Shown: positions 28,035 through 37,906, counted from the first letter of the stretch. The stretch: 64,000 nucleotides of DNA from Candidatus Yanofskybacteria bacterium RIFCSPHIGHO2_01_FULL_43_32 (GCA_001794125.1 MGJF01000002.1:108514-172513), one strand, 5' to 3'. Translations and numbers: made by a program. Notes: generated by a model from the sequence alone, not told the origin.

Positions 28035-28499
28035 ATGACAGATTTTGAACCCCAACTTGCCGTTAAGAAAGAGAAAAAAATGCCGACCGTCAGCGGTCCG
28101 GGACTTTTTTGGATGCTTATTATTTTGATGCTCGTTCTGTTCGGTCTTGCGGTAAGCATACTCGGCAGAACTCAAAATCTCGGCACAGATCTGCCGACGC
28201 CGACAGAAACCGTTTCTCCCGAAACCAAGCCCTCGAGAATTTATACTATTTCATACAAGAGCGGAGTATTCAGCCCCACCAACCTAAGAATCCATGCCGG
28301 AGATACGGTGAGATTTAAAAACGAGGGTATTTTTCCGATAAGAATAGTTTCCGGTCCGGACAGCAGATTGGTGGGTTTTGACAGTGTCGGAGACATTCCG
28401 CAGGGAAGCTATTTTTCTTTTACTTTTGCGGCAAAAGGAATATTTGATTATTATAATGACAGGAATCCGAAAGAAACGGGAACTATTATTGTCCGGTAA
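28035..28499 (+). CDS. Membrane-anchored cupredoxin-fold protein
   Basis: TM helix, FSP..L.I.AGDTV.F.N, FSFTF...G.F.Y, G.I.V. Confidence 0.75.
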   Translation: MTDFEPQLAVKKEKKMPTVSGPGLFWMLIILMLVLFGLAVSILGRTQNLGTDLPTPTETVSPETKPSRIYTISYKSGVFSPTNLRIHAGDTVRFKNEGIFPIRIVSGPDSRLVGFDSVGDIPQGSYFSFTFAAKGIFDYYNDRNPKETGTIIVR

Positions 28500-28520
28500 T
28501 GGTTCGCAAGCTCATCATAA

Positions 28521-28799
28521 ATGAACAACCCCCTCACACTACAAGTTGAATCTCGGCTCGGCGCTCTGTATGTGTCTTTATTGGGGTTGTTCTTCGTTGG
28601 CTTGATCTTTATAGCTCTGAAAAATTTTAATTCGGATTCGATTATTTTGAATTCCCAAACCGCTCAAGTTAAAACCATCTCTACCACCGAAAGAGACTTG
28701 ATAAACGGCTGGATTACGGAGAACCAGATCGAAATTCCGCAAGGAAAGGGTTATAGATACGTAATTCAGCAGTATCCTTCCAAGCCGTGGTTTAAATAG
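28521..28799 (+). CDS. Small membrane-anchored hypothetical protein
   Basis: 92-aa ORF with one TM segment in an operon-like context. Confidence 0.6.
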   Translation: MNNPLTLQVESRLGALYVSLLGLFFVGLIFIALKNFNSDSIILNSQTAQVKTISTTERDLINGWITENQIEIPQGKGYRYVIQQYPSKPWFK

Positions 28800-28821
28800 C
28801 CGTTGGCCAATAGCGAATAAT

Positions 28822-29655
28822 ATGAAATTCAAATCAGGACTATTTCTAAAAGAAGCAGTATTGTTTGGCGCCACGTTGGCAATAGGGATTTTTTCGGCTT
28901 ATCGGAACATTGCTTCATCCTCGCAGATAATGATTCCGGAAGTTAAATTTGGCTGGGGCGATGCCGTCTTTTTGTCGGCGTTGGCGCTCTTTTTTATATT
29001 TTTTTCAAAACATCAAAGAGTGGTTCATTTTTCTTTTAAATTATTTTTGGTCTTGATAGTTTTTTCCGGCAGCAGCGCGGTTGTAAATACCGTGTCGGGC
29101 CCGCCTTGGGATATTTGGGTTCCGCTTCTTGTTACGGCCGTATTTTTGTCGCTTAAGAGCGTCATTATCCATAATGCGGGAATAATTTTAGGAATAGCCG
29201 GTATCGGATCTTTACTGGGCCTGGCAATCTCTCCCGGAACCGCCGTTATAATAATGATAATATTGTCCTTCTATGACATTGTTGCCGTCTATACGACCAA
29301 ACATATGGTGAAGATGGCAAAAGTAATGATGGAATCGGGAGCTATTTTTGGATTTATAATTCCATTGCGGCTGAACGGATTTTTTTCGCATAAGCAAGAA
29401 GCTCAAATCGAGGCCGGAGCCGGGGGCCGGTTCATGATATTGGGTTCGGGCGACATTGGTTTGCCTGTTGTCCTGGCAAGTTCGGTGGCCGGATATTCTC
29501 TTGACGATGCGATAATTGTGGCGATATTTTCTTTGGCGGGTTTATTTCTGACCCATCTTATTTTTGTAAATCAGAGGGAAAGAAAACCCATGGCCGCTTT
29601 GCCGCCGATTGCGACGATGTCTATTATTGGATACCTTGTGTCTTTACTAATGTAA
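28822..29655 (+). CDS. Presenilin/signal-peptide-peptidase family (A22) intramembrane aspartyl protease
   Basis: YD, LGSGD and AALPP (PAL-like) motifs in a multi-TM protein. Confidence 0.85.
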   Translation: MKFKSGLFLKEAVLFGATLAIGIFSAYRNIASSSQIMIPEVKFGWGDAVFLSALALFFIFFSKHQRVVHFSFKLFLVLIVFSGSSAVVNTVSGPPWDIWVPLLVTAVFLSLKSVIIHNAGIILGIAGIGSLLGLAISPGTAVIIMIILSFYDIVAVYTTKHMVKMAKVMMESGAIFGFIIPLRLNGFFSHKQEAQIEAGAGGRFMILGSGDIGLPVVLASSVAGYSLDDAIIVAIFSLAGLFLTHLIFVNQRERKPMAALPPIATMSIIGYLVSLLM

Positions 29656-29760
29656 AGACAAATTCCAATTTTAAATTACAAATTTTAAATGAAATCCCAA
29701 TTTTTAAAATTTAAAACATTTAAACATTGAATTAAAATTTAAAATTTAAGTTTTGAATTT

Positions 29761-31116
29761 ATGAAACTAATATTCTATGGAGGCGCTAAAACTGTTACCG
29801 GGGCGAATTATCTTCTTGACCACGGCGACCTTAAAATTTTGGTGGATTGCGGGCTCAACCAAGGCTCCAAATATTCGGAGGATATGAATTACGAAAAATT
29901 CGCTTACAATCCGGCTGAAATAGATTTTGTATTCATTACCCACAGCCACACCGATCATGTGGGCCGGCTTCCCAAATTATTCAAGGAAGGTTTCCGTGGC
30001 AGGGTTATCGCTTCCAGGCCGACCGCGGATTTAGCCAAAAAGGCCTTGCCGGATAATTTGAACATAATAACCGAGGAAGCCAAAAGAGGAGGCAGGGAAC
30101 CGATATTTGAATTGAAAGATTTGGAAGGCGTTTTGGGGTTGGCGGAAGGTTTTGATTATGAAACACCCATTGATCTCGGAAACGGGACAAGAGCCGTGCT
30201 CCATGACGCGGGTCACATTCTCGGTTCAACGATAGTGGAAATAGATTTTGACGATAAGAAGATATATTTCACGGGCGATCTGGGCAATCCGCCGACTCCT
30301 TTGCTCCAGCCGCCTTATTTCCCCAAAGACGCCGACTATGCCGTGGTGGAATCCGCTTACGGTTCGAGAATTCACGAAGACCGCTCGTCCAGAAAAATTA
30401 TGCTGGAGAACGTGATTAGGGAAACTTTGACTAAAGGAGGCACTCTGATGATACCGTCCTTCGCAATGGAAAGAACACAGGAACTTTTGTACGAATTGAA
30501 TCAGCTTGTAAACCATAACCAGATACCCCGGGTTCCAATCTATGTTGATTCTCCTTTGGCGACTAATCTCACGGAGGTTTATAAGAAATACCCGAATTAT
30601 TTTAACAAGACTGCTCACCATGTCATTGAGTCGGGGGATGACATCTTCAATTTTCCGGGGCTGACATTCACAAGAACTTCCGACGAATCAAAAGCTATCA
30701 ACAACGTGAAGGGGGCGAAGATAATCATTGCCGGTTCCGGCATGTCCACTGGCGGGAGAATTCTGCATCACGAAATGAGATACCTGTCGGACCCTAATTC
30801 GGCTATCTTGTTTGTGGGATATCAGGTTCTGGGTTCGTTGGGACGCAGGATCTTGGACGGCGAGAAAAATGTCAGAATATTCGGCGAACAGGTTTCCGTT
30901 AATTGCCAGATACGGGCCATCGGCGGTTACTCGGCCCATGCCGACCAGGCCATGCTACTTAAATGGATAGCGGGCGCCGGCTCCGGCGGCAACCTCAAGA
31001 AAGTCTTCATGGTTCAGGGCGAAGAAGATTCTTCCGCAACTTTAGCGGAAAAAACCAGAACGGATTTGAAAATCGACGCAGTCGTGCCTTCTTTAGGCGA
31101 AAGTTTTGAGCTGTAA
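29761..31116 (+). CDS. MBL-fold beta-CASP metallohydrolase (RNA-processing type)
   Basis: VDCG, THSHTDHVG, AGHILGS, GSGM..GGR, SAHAD. Confidence 0.92.
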   Translation: MKLIFYGGAKTVTGANYLLDHGDLKILVDCGLNQGSKYSEDMNYEKFAYNPAEIDFVFITHSHTDHVGRLPKLFKEGFRGRVIASRPTADLAKKALPDNLNIITEEAKRGGREPIFELKDLEGVLGLAEGFDYETPIDLGNGTRAVLHDAGHILGSTIVEIDFDDKKIYFTGDLGNPPTPLLQPPYFPKDADYAVVESAYGSRIHEDRSSRKIMLENVIRETLTKGGTLMIPSFAMERTQELLYELNQLVNHNQIPRVPIYVDSPLATNLTEVYKKYPNYFNKTAHHVIESGDDIFNFPGLTFTRTSDESKAINNVKGAKIIIAGSGMSTGGRILHHEMRYLSDPNSAILFVGYQVLGSLGRRILDGEKNVRIFGEQVSVNCQIRAIGGYSAHADQAMLLKWIAGAGSGGNLKKVFMVQGEEDSSATLAEKTRTDLKIDAVVPSLGESFEL

Positions 31117-31246
31117 TTTCTCTAAATCGTTTTATAAAAACAAAGAAGCTCCGCACAAGATGAAGTTTGGAACTTCTTTGTGCGGAGCGGAACTCCAACT
31201 ACCGTGTTTCTCCGACGACACTCGCAATTACGGTCGGACAGTTCTT

Positions 31247-31759
31247 TCACTTCGAGGTTGCGTGCGGCGCTCGAGTAGGGACTGATTTTCTTGGCGCCAA
31301 CACGACCGGGTGTGAAGTTGTCGGTGTCTTTCCGTCGATATGCTTGCGGTGCTGATGTTCCTGCGGATAGGCAGGAACGAAGAGGACAGACGGACTCCAT
31401 CCATACGTCGCGGGCGGATCAGTCAACAAGGTTCCGTCGAGTCGTCGTCGCGGTGACTCCGGCGGGAAGTCGAGCCATGACGATGCACCGGGGCGACTGC
31501 CGATGATGAAGATCTTCGGACCATCACAACCGGAGCAGATCACGGGAGGCGGCAGATGTTCGAGACGTGATACGATGGCGGCCGCTTCTGCGGGCGTCAG
31601 CGGCGGCGCGCTTGAGGTGATTGACTGCGTGCTCGGTTTGTTCGTCACGGTGCGCGTCTGTGCTTCTGCGCGAGTGTCCCACACGAAATTGACGGGGATT
31701 ACGAACATGGCGCAGATTACGATTGTCGGAATATCGAAGACTTTCTTTTTCTTTTCCAC
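31247..31759 (-). CDS. GC-rich hypothetical secreted protein (GTG 31759 after an AGGAG SD)
   Basis: Signal-peptide-like N-terminus ending AEA; own promoter and terminator. Confidence 0.6.
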   Translation of the reverse strand: MEKKKKVFDIPTIVICAMFVIPVNFVWDTRAEAQTRTVTNKPSTQSITSSAPPLTPAEAAAIVSRLEHLPPPVICSGCDGPKIFIIGSRPGASSWLDFPPESPRRRLDGTLLTDPPATYGWSPSVLFVPAYPQEHQHRKHIDGKTPTTSHPVVLAPRKSVPTRAPHATSK

Positions 31760-31766
31760 CGTTGTT

Positions 31767-31846
31767 CTCCTGCGCATTCAGCGCATACCGAGTTTTGACA
31801 GAACTAACCGTTTTATATTTTACAATATATTGAGTCATTTTGTCAA
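31767..31846 (-). promoter_or_regulatory. Promoter, boxA-like motif and SD
   Basis: TTGACA-18-TAAAAT; GTTCTGTCAAAA (31804-31793); AGGAG. Confidence 0.55.
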
Positions 31847-31924
31847 TATTAACTCAAAAAAAGGCTTCTTTGAGCGGTCAGTTATCCTCTTTAAATTTTT
31901 TAAAATATCTATTATCTTTTAATC

Positions 31925-32644
31925 ATGAGTGATGGAGAAGGAAAATTAAATCTGCCGGCATCAAAGCTTCCCCAAGAAGTAGAGCCGATAAAGGGTGATT
32001 TCAGGGCCTCTCTTCACTGGAGAGTTCTTCGCATTATGGCCGAGCTTATTGAAGGTTGGCAATTTTTGGCCGATTTCAAAAGAACGGTCACATTTTTCGG
32101 TTCGGCCAGATTTCCGGAAGGCAACCGCTGGTATGAAGAAGCCAGAAAGCTCGGTACGATGCTGGCCAAAAACGACCTTTCGGTTGTTACCGGCGGCGGA
32201 CCAGGAATAATGGAAGCGGGAAACAGGGGAGCCGTGGAAGGCAACGGCGAATCCATCGGAATCAACATTCAGTTGCCCATGGAACAGAGAATTAATCCTT
32301 ACGTGAAAAAAAGCGCCGGTTTCCACTATTTCTTTGTCAGGAAACTGATGCTCTCTTACGCCGCCAGGGCTTACGTCTTCTTTCCCGGAGGGTTTGGGAC
32401 TCTGGACGAGGCATTCGAAATATTGACACTTATCCAAACGAAGAAAATATCCGATAAAATTCCCGTCGTTCTGATAGGCAAAGAATTCTGGGACCCTATT
32501 CATAAATGGCTACACGAAGAGATATTCATCAAACAGCAGGCGGTGGATAAAGCGGATTTGAGCATGTATACCATTGTCGATACGGCTGAAGAGGCCTTTG
32601 AAATAGTCAAAAACGCTCCTCCGAGGGAAGAATTCTACTATTAA
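31925..32644 (+). CDS. LOG family (TIGR00730) nucleotide phosphoribohydrolase
   Basis: FGSAR, TGGGPGIMEA, PGGFGTLDE. Confidence 0.93.
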   Translation: MSDGEGKLNLPASKLPQEVEPIKGDFRASLHWRVLRIMAELIEGWQFLADFKRTVTFFGSARFPEGNRWYEEARKLGTMLAKNDLSVVTGGGPGIMEAGNRGAVEGNGESIGINIQLPMEQRINPYVKKSAGFHYFFVRKLMLSYAARAYVFFPGGFGTLDEAFEILTLIQTKKISDKIPVVLIGKEFWDPIHKWLHEEIFIKQQAVDKADLSMYTIVDTAEEAFEIVKNAPPREEFYY

Positions 32645-32733
32645 TTTGACCCGTTCGATAAGACTCAGGGTCAATGCTGAGCGAAGCCGAATGCATTGAT
32701 TTTTAGTAAAACCTGTGTTATATTCTCAATTCA

Positions 32734-35064
32734 ATGCCTGATTTTAAAGCTAACAATATTTTGATTCCCGAGCAGCTGCCGCTCATCGCCCTCAAGAATA
32801 CTGTCCTGTTTCCGAAGGTGGTCATTCCGCTTATTGTTCAGAGACCTAAATCGGTTGCCGCTCTTGAATATGCTTTGGCCCATGAACGGCTCGTGTTTTT
32901 TGTTACTCAAAAGAATATTCAAGACAATATCGGCCGCAAGGATATTTTTAATGTGGGAACGATCGGCAGGATTGTCTCTGTTTTCAAACTGCCTGACGGC
33001 TCTTCTAAAATAGATGTTGAAGGGTTGGTCAGGGCAAATATAACCGATCTTGTGAGCGAGGAGCCCTTTTTCAAGATTAAAGCCGAACCGTTCAACATGA
33101 TATTGAGAAACAACCTTGAAGAGAAGGCTTTTTTGAGGAGGGCAATAGAACAATTCAGAACTATTTCGGAGGCCCGCTCATTTCCGACGATATTGCCGGA
33201 AATAATTTACATGATGCTTCATCTCAAAGACACCGAACAGATTTTGAGCCTGATGACGGTAAATTTAAATCTGGACATCGAAGACCAGCAAAAAATCCTT
33301 GAACTGGAAAGCGCGATAGACGCTTTGAGGGAGATGAACGTTTATCTTGTTCGCGAGACGGAAATCATGGAAGCGGAAAAGACGGTTACCAAAGAGACCA
33401 AAAAACAAATCGGCAAGATGCAAAAGGAGCTCTTCTTGAGAGAGCAGTTGAAAAGCATCGAAAAAGAACTGGGCGTTGAAGATGAAAAAGACGAAATGGA
33501 CGTATTGAAGTCTAAAATTCTTTCGGCCGGAATGCCGAAGAGCACCGAAGATAAAGCCATTAAAGAATTAAACCGTCTCGGCAAAATGCCGTCCTTCAAT
33601 CCCGAAGTTTCCTACTTAAGAACTTATCTTGATTTGCTTACCGAATTGCCCTGGTCCAAAAAAACAAAAGAAAAAATAGATTTAAAGGAAGCCGAGAAGA
33701 TATTGAACGAAGACCATTACGGGCTCAACAAGGTCAAAGAAAGAATTTTAGAATATCTTGCCGTGCAAAAACAAGTCGGCAAGCTTAAGGGTCCGATATT
33801 GTGCCTTGTCGGTCCGCCCGGCACGGGCAAAACATCCGTCGGTCAGTCAATTGCCAGAGCTTTGGGGCGTAAATTCATCAGGGTTTCTCTGGGCGGGTTG
33901 AGGGATGAAGCCGAGATAAGAGGTCATCGCCGGACATATGTCGGCGCTATGCCGGGCAGAATTATTCAAGGAATAAACAGTTCAAAGGTTAAAAATCCCG
34001 TGTTTATGCTTGATGAAATAGACAAAATAGGAATGGATTTCCGGGGCGACCCTTCAGCGGCTCTCTTGGAAGCGTTGGACCCCCAGCAGAATCATTCATT
34101 TTCCGACCATTATTTGGAGGTGCCTTATGATCTGTCCGATGTAATGTTCATAACCACCGCCAATGTTTTGGACACCATTCCTCCCGCCTTGAGAGACCGG
34201 CTTGAAATCATAGAATTTCCGGGATACTCGGAAGCGGAGAAATTCCATATCGCCAAAAATTTCCTTTTGCCGAAATTGTTTAAAGAACACGGCCTCAAGA
34301 AAAAAGCTTTGGTTTTCCAAGATTCCGCTTTAGCCGATATTATAAGAAAACATACCCGCGAGGCCGGGGTCAGGGATCTGGAAAGGCAGTTGGCCGCCGT
34401 CATCAGAAAAATAACCCGAAAACTGGTTGAATCCCATTCCAGCAAGCAGGTTGTTGTAACCAAGACAGACATCCATAAATATTTAGGCCCCGTCAAATAT
34501 TCCCATCAGTTGGCGGAAACCAAGGACGAGGTCGGCGTTGTTACCGGTCTCGGCTGGACTCCGGTGGGCGGCGAGGTGTTTTTTATCGAGGTCTCTAAAA
34601 TGCCCGGCCGCGGAAAATTGATCTTGACGGGTCAGCTCGGTTCGGTAATGAAAGAGTCCGCTCAAGCCGGTTTAAGTTACGCCAGAACTTTTGCGGCAAA
34701 AAGAGGAATTAAAGAAGATTTCACCAAGGATGATATCCACATTCACGTCCCTTCGGGCGCGATAAAAAAGGACGGTCCGTCCGCTGGAACGGCTATGACT
34801 ACGGCTTTGGTGTCATTATTCTTGGGAAAGCCGGTCAGGAAAGAGGTAGCCATGACCGGAGAAGTTACTTTGCGCGGAAAAGTGCTTGAAATAGGCGGAC
34901 TTAAGGAAAAAGTCCTTGCCGCCCATCGCGCCGGGATAAAAACCATAATCGCTCCGAATGACAACAAAAAAGATTTGGAAGATATTCCTAAAGAAGTCAA
35001 AAAAGACCTCAGATTTGTCTTTGTCAAAACAATGGATGAGGTCTTGCGCGTTGCCCTAAAATAG
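32734..35064 (+). CDS. lon: ATP-dependent protease La
   Basis: GPPGTGKT, LDEIDK, KDGPSAG, GGLKEK. Confidence 0.97.
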   Translation: MPDFKANNILIPEQLPLIALKNTVLFPKVVIPLIVQRPKSVAALEYALAHERLVFFVTQKNIQDNIGRKDIFNVGTIGRIVSVFKLPDGSSKIDVEGLVRANITDLVSEEPFFKIKAEPFNMILRNNLEEKAFLRRAIEQFRTISEARSFPTILPEIIYMMLHLKDTEQILSLMTVNLNLDIEDQQKILELESAIDALREMNVYLVRETEIMEAEKTVTKETKKQIGKMQKELFLREQLKSIEKELGVEDEKDEMDVLKSKILSAGMPKSTEDKAIKELNRLGKMPSFNPEVSYLRTYLDLLTELPWSKKTKEKIDLKEAEKILNEDHYGLNKVKERILEYLAVQKQVGKLKGPILCLVGPPGTGKTSVGQSIARALGRKFIRVSLGGLRDEAEIRGHRRTYVGAMPGRIIQGINSSKVKNPVFMLDEIDKIGMDFRGDPSAALLEALDPQQNHSFSDHYLEVPYDLSDVMFITTANVLDTIPPALRDRLEIIEFPGYSEAEKFHIAKNFLLPKLFKEHGLKKKALVFQDSALADIIRKHTREAGVRDLERQLAAVIRKITRKLVESHSSKQVVVTKTDIHKYLGPVKYSHQLAETKDEVGVVTGLGWTPVGGEVFFIEVSKMPGRGKLILTGQLGSVMKESAQAGLSYARTFAAKRGIKEDFTKDDIHIHVPSGAIKKDGPSAGTAMTTALVSLFLGKPVRKEVAMTGEVTLRGKVLEIGGLKEKVLAAHRAGIKTIIAPNDNKKDLEDIPKEVKKDLRFVFVKTMDEVLRVALK

Positions 35065-35092
35065 AGTATAGTAATTACCGTGCTCTTTTCAG
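35044..35092 (+). promoter_or_regulatory. Promoter and boxA-like motif
   Basis: TTGCGC-17-TATAGT; TGCTCTTTTCAG (35081-35092). Confidence 0.6.
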
Positions 35093-35113
35093 AAAGAGGG
35101 ATAGTAGCTGCAG

Positions 35114-35335
35114 ATGTGCGCTCACGCGTGCGAGTTCCATAAGGGAAGAAAAAAGCATATATCATCTTGTTGCGTGCCGTGTTCTTGCGGAGAGAATATC
35201 GAACTGACCAAAATGGAGGCCCATCGGGCCAGTTGCCATCGTGTGGGATTAGATATCCCGAGAATGCCGATTTACGCGTCTGCCTGCCCTGTTGCCGGTA
35301 AATTTGTACCGGAAGGCATCAGAACCGCCGCCTAA
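35114..35335 (+). CDS. Small Cys/His-rich putative zinc-binding protein
   Basis: C...C..H, CC..C.C, H...CH; followed by hairpin ccgcctaa/ttaggcgg plus T-tract. Confidence 0.6.
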   Translation: MCAHACEFHKGRKKHISSCCVPCSCGENIELTKMEAHRASCHRVGLDIPRMPIYASACPVAGKFVPEGIRTAA

Positions 35336-35407
35336 CTTAGGCGGTTTTTGTTATTCTTTGTTAGTTATTCCTTGCCTAATTTTATATTTGTACTAATATT
35401 GTTTGAT

Positions 35408-35944
35408 ATGGCACAGCTTACGCAATTTTTAGCATATTTGGATTGGACGATGATTTCGAGATTATTGGTTGCCGCTTTGCTTGGCGGAATTGTCGGGTTT
35501 GAAAGAGAGCGTTCGGGAAAGGTTGCCGGTTTAAGAACCCATACTCTGGTTTCAATAGGAGCGGCGTTATTGTCCATTACCTCCATAAAATTGTTTTTTC
35601 AATTTCCTTCAATCGGAGGACAGGCGGGTTTTGACTACCATTTGATAGCAAATATCATTGTCGGCATAGGTTTTATAGGAGCGGGGACAATATTAAGAAG
35701 GGAAAATCGCATTGAGGGTACAACTACGGCCGCGAGTTTGTGGGTTGTAGCGGCAATCGGTATTGCCAGCGGATTAGGATATTATCAAGAAGCGATAGCA
35801 ACGACGGTAATCGTATATGTTGTTTTGGCCGGGCTTTGGCTGGTGGAAAAATACCTGACCCGGGATATTCGTTATAAAGGGCGGGGAATTTTCGGTCAAC
35901 TCAAACAAAGTGAAAATCCCGGACCTGAATATACTGAAAAGTAA
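35408..35944 (+). CDS. MgtC/SapB family membrane protein
   Basis: GFERE...K.AGLRTH, GIGFIGAG.I, G.TTAAS.W. Confidence 0.93.
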   Translation: MAQLTQFLAYLDWTMISRLLVAALLGGIVGFERERSGKVAGLRTHTLVSIGAALLSITSIKLFFQFPSIGGQAGFDYHLIANIIVGIGFIGAGTILRRENRIEGTTTAASLWVVAAIGIASGLGYYQEAIATTVIVYVVLAGLWLVEKYLTRDIRYKGRGIFGQLKQSENPGPEYTEK

Positions 35945-37067
35945 ACAATTTATTTATGCCACTGCTGTTCTGATAGGAACCATGGTTGGGGTGGGGGTCT
36001 TTGGAATTCCCTTTGCTTTTTCTAAGGCCGGCTTTTGGATGGGTTTTTTATTCCTGATATTTATCGGTTTTATAACGCTTCTTTTGAACCTTATGTATGG
36101 CGAAGTGGTTTTGAGGACCCACGAAGAGCATCAGATAACCGGTTATACCGAAAAATATCTCGGGCCGTGGTTTAAAAGAGCCATTTTCTTTTCCGTGGCC
36201 CTCGGACTGTATTCCGCTCTGCTTGCATACATAGTTATTGCCGGAGATTTTCTGAACAATATCTTCTCTTCTGTTCTTTATGCCTCCCCGGCCTCATATA
36301 GTTTAGTGTTTTTTTTCGTTCTTTCGGTTCTGGTCTTATTGGGAATCAGAAGAATTTCCTGGGTTGAACTGCTTTTGGTGGGCTTGTTTACCGTGGTGGT
36401 GCTCATGATATTCGGTGTTGGTATAAATAAAATAGATTTGTCTAATCTTGCCGGAATTCAACGGGAATTCTGGTTCTTGCCCTATGGAGTTTTACTTTTC
36501 GCTTTTGCGGGATTTTCATCAATTCCCATTCAGAGAAGCATATTGAACGGACAAGAAGGCGGCTTGAAAAAATCCATCTCGTTGGCGATTGTTTTAACCG
36601 GCGCGCTTTATTTGCTGTTTGCTTTTACGGTTCTGGGCATATCGGGAAGCGTGACTACACCGGATGCCGTATCGGGTTTATATGAATTTTTGGGCGGCAA
36701 AATAATATTTCTTGGTTCGTTTTTCGGCATTTTGGCCGTCAGCACTTCTTTTTTAATGCTGGGCTCGGCTTTTTTGGACATGTTCCGTCTCGATTATAAT
36801 GTTCCGAGGAAATTGGCCTGGCTCTTGGTTGTTGCCCCTCCTTTGGTTTTATTCTTGGGCGGTTTGCGGACCTTTATTGATATCATAAGCTTGGCCGGTT
36901 CAGTTGCCATCGGGCTTGAAGGGATAGTTTTGACATTCGTTTACATAAAATCAAAATCAAAAGGGGACAGGGTCCCGGAATATAGTTTGGAACTTCCGAA
37001 ATTTATTTATTATCTCCTCATCTTCATGTTCGGAACGGGGATTGTGTATGCACTATTCATCAAATAA
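35910..37067 (+). CDS. Aromatic/hydroxy amino acid permease family transporter
   Basis: LIGTMVGVGVFGIP, YGVLLFAFAG; about 11 TM segments. Confidence 0.85.
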   Translation: MKIPDLNILKSKQFIYATAVLIGTMVGVGVFGIPFAFSKAGFWMGFLFLIFIGFITLLLNLMYGEVVLRTHEEHQITGYTEKYLGPWFKRAIFFSVALGLYSALLAYIVIAGDFLNNIFSSVLYASPASYSLVFFFVLSVLVLLGIRRISWVELLLVGLFTVVVLMIFGVGINKIDLSNLAGIQREFWFLPYGVLLFAFAGFSSIPIQRSILNGQEGGLKKSISLAIVLTGALYLLFAFTVLGISGSVTTPDAVSGLYEFLGGKIIFLGSFFGILAVSTSFLMLGSAFLDMFRLDYNVPRKLAWLLVVAPPLVLFLGGLRTFIDIISLAGSVAIGLEGIVLTFVYIKSKSKGDRVPEYSLELPKFIYYLLIFMFGTGIVYALFIK

Positions 37068-37099
37068 AAAAGCCCCGCCTGACGAAGCGCGGGGCTTTC
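37066..37099. terminator. Bidirectional terminator
   Basis: aaagccccgc/gcggggcttt hairpin between convergent genes. Confidence 0.75.
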
Positions 37100-37121
37100 T
37101 GTCGTGCGGGGCACTGTTGTA

Positions 37122-37235
37122 TTAGAATTTTTTGACAGGTTGCTGTTTGGGAGGACAGCCCGTCATGGTGCGGGGATTTCTTCGGCGAAGCTTCGCAAGC
37201 ATCCGCCGGAACCAGGATTTCTTTGTCTTCCTCAT
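37122..37235 (-). CDS. 37-aa cationic peptide, not in the ORF track
   Basis: AAGGAGG SD; ATG overlaps the TGA of the upstream gene; MRKTKKSWFRRMLAKLRRRNPRTMTGCPPKQQPVKKF; stops before the terminator. Confidence 0.55.
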   Translation of the reverse strand: MRKTKKSWFRRMLAKLRRRNPRTMTGCPPKQQPVKKF

Positions 37236-37813
37236 TTCGCCTCCTTAGCAAGTTCTTGTTTCAGCCAGAATTTTCGAGTGGCAAGTACTGCGATTAAGAA
37301 GCAGAAGACTGCGGCACTAGCGGGATAAAATCGTTCTTCGACTACCCAACTCTTCCCGCCTGCCATTGATAGGTAGTTGGCGATGAAATAACTGGAATAT
37401 ACAAGAATTGGCATGTCCTGGGGCTTTCTCCATGCATCGACGAGTTGCGGGATACCGGCGATGAGCATGGCCGTCGTGCTTGCGATAGTAGCCATCTTTT
37501 CGCCGGAGAAATACCAGATTACCATGCTTACAATCGTCAGCGAAGCAACCATTGTCTCAAACCACGTCCATGCTGCCTTATTGCCGGCCTTCAAGATAAA
37601 GTACACGGTCAATGTGCCTCCGATGGTATAGACCACCGGCAAAAGAAAATTTCCCTCCTGAACGATGATTGTGGCGGCAACAACCGCATCAAGTGCACTC
37701 CATAATGCCCATGTGAGAAAGTTCTGTTTCGCCTTGCCGCTTCTGATCTGCTTCCACAGTGGGAAATATGTCAGGAGAGCAAGGATGCTGCCGGCCCAAA
37801 TGAGAGCGTTCAT
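37232..37813 (-). CDS. Multi-pass membrane protein, PQ-loop/SWEET-like duplicated topology
   Basis: Two similar halves (YFP..KQI...K.K; GIPQ..DAW.KP). Confidence 0.7.
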   Translation of the reverse strand: MNALIWAGSILALLTYFPLWKQIRSGKAKQNFLTWALWSALDAVVAATIIVQEGNFLLPVVYTIGGTLTVYFILKAGNKAAWTWFETMVASLTIVSMVIWYFSGEKMATIASTTAMLIAGIPQLVDAWRKPQDMPILVYSSYFIANYLSMAGGKSWVVEERFYPASAAVFCFLIAVLATRKFWLKQELAKEAK

Positions 37814-37820
37814 CTCTTAT

Positions 37821-37873
37821 CTCCCAAATTGTCAAAGATAAAAGATTATAACACACATTTTTTGTATTTTCAA
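37821..37873 (-). promoter_or_regulatory. Promoter, boxA-like motif and SD
   Basis: TTGAAA-17-TATAAT with extended TG; ATCTTTGACAAT (37839-37828); GGGAG. Confidence 0.7.
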
Positions 37874-37906
37874 CTTTTACTAAGTATCCTGCATTATCCG
37901 GAAGAG

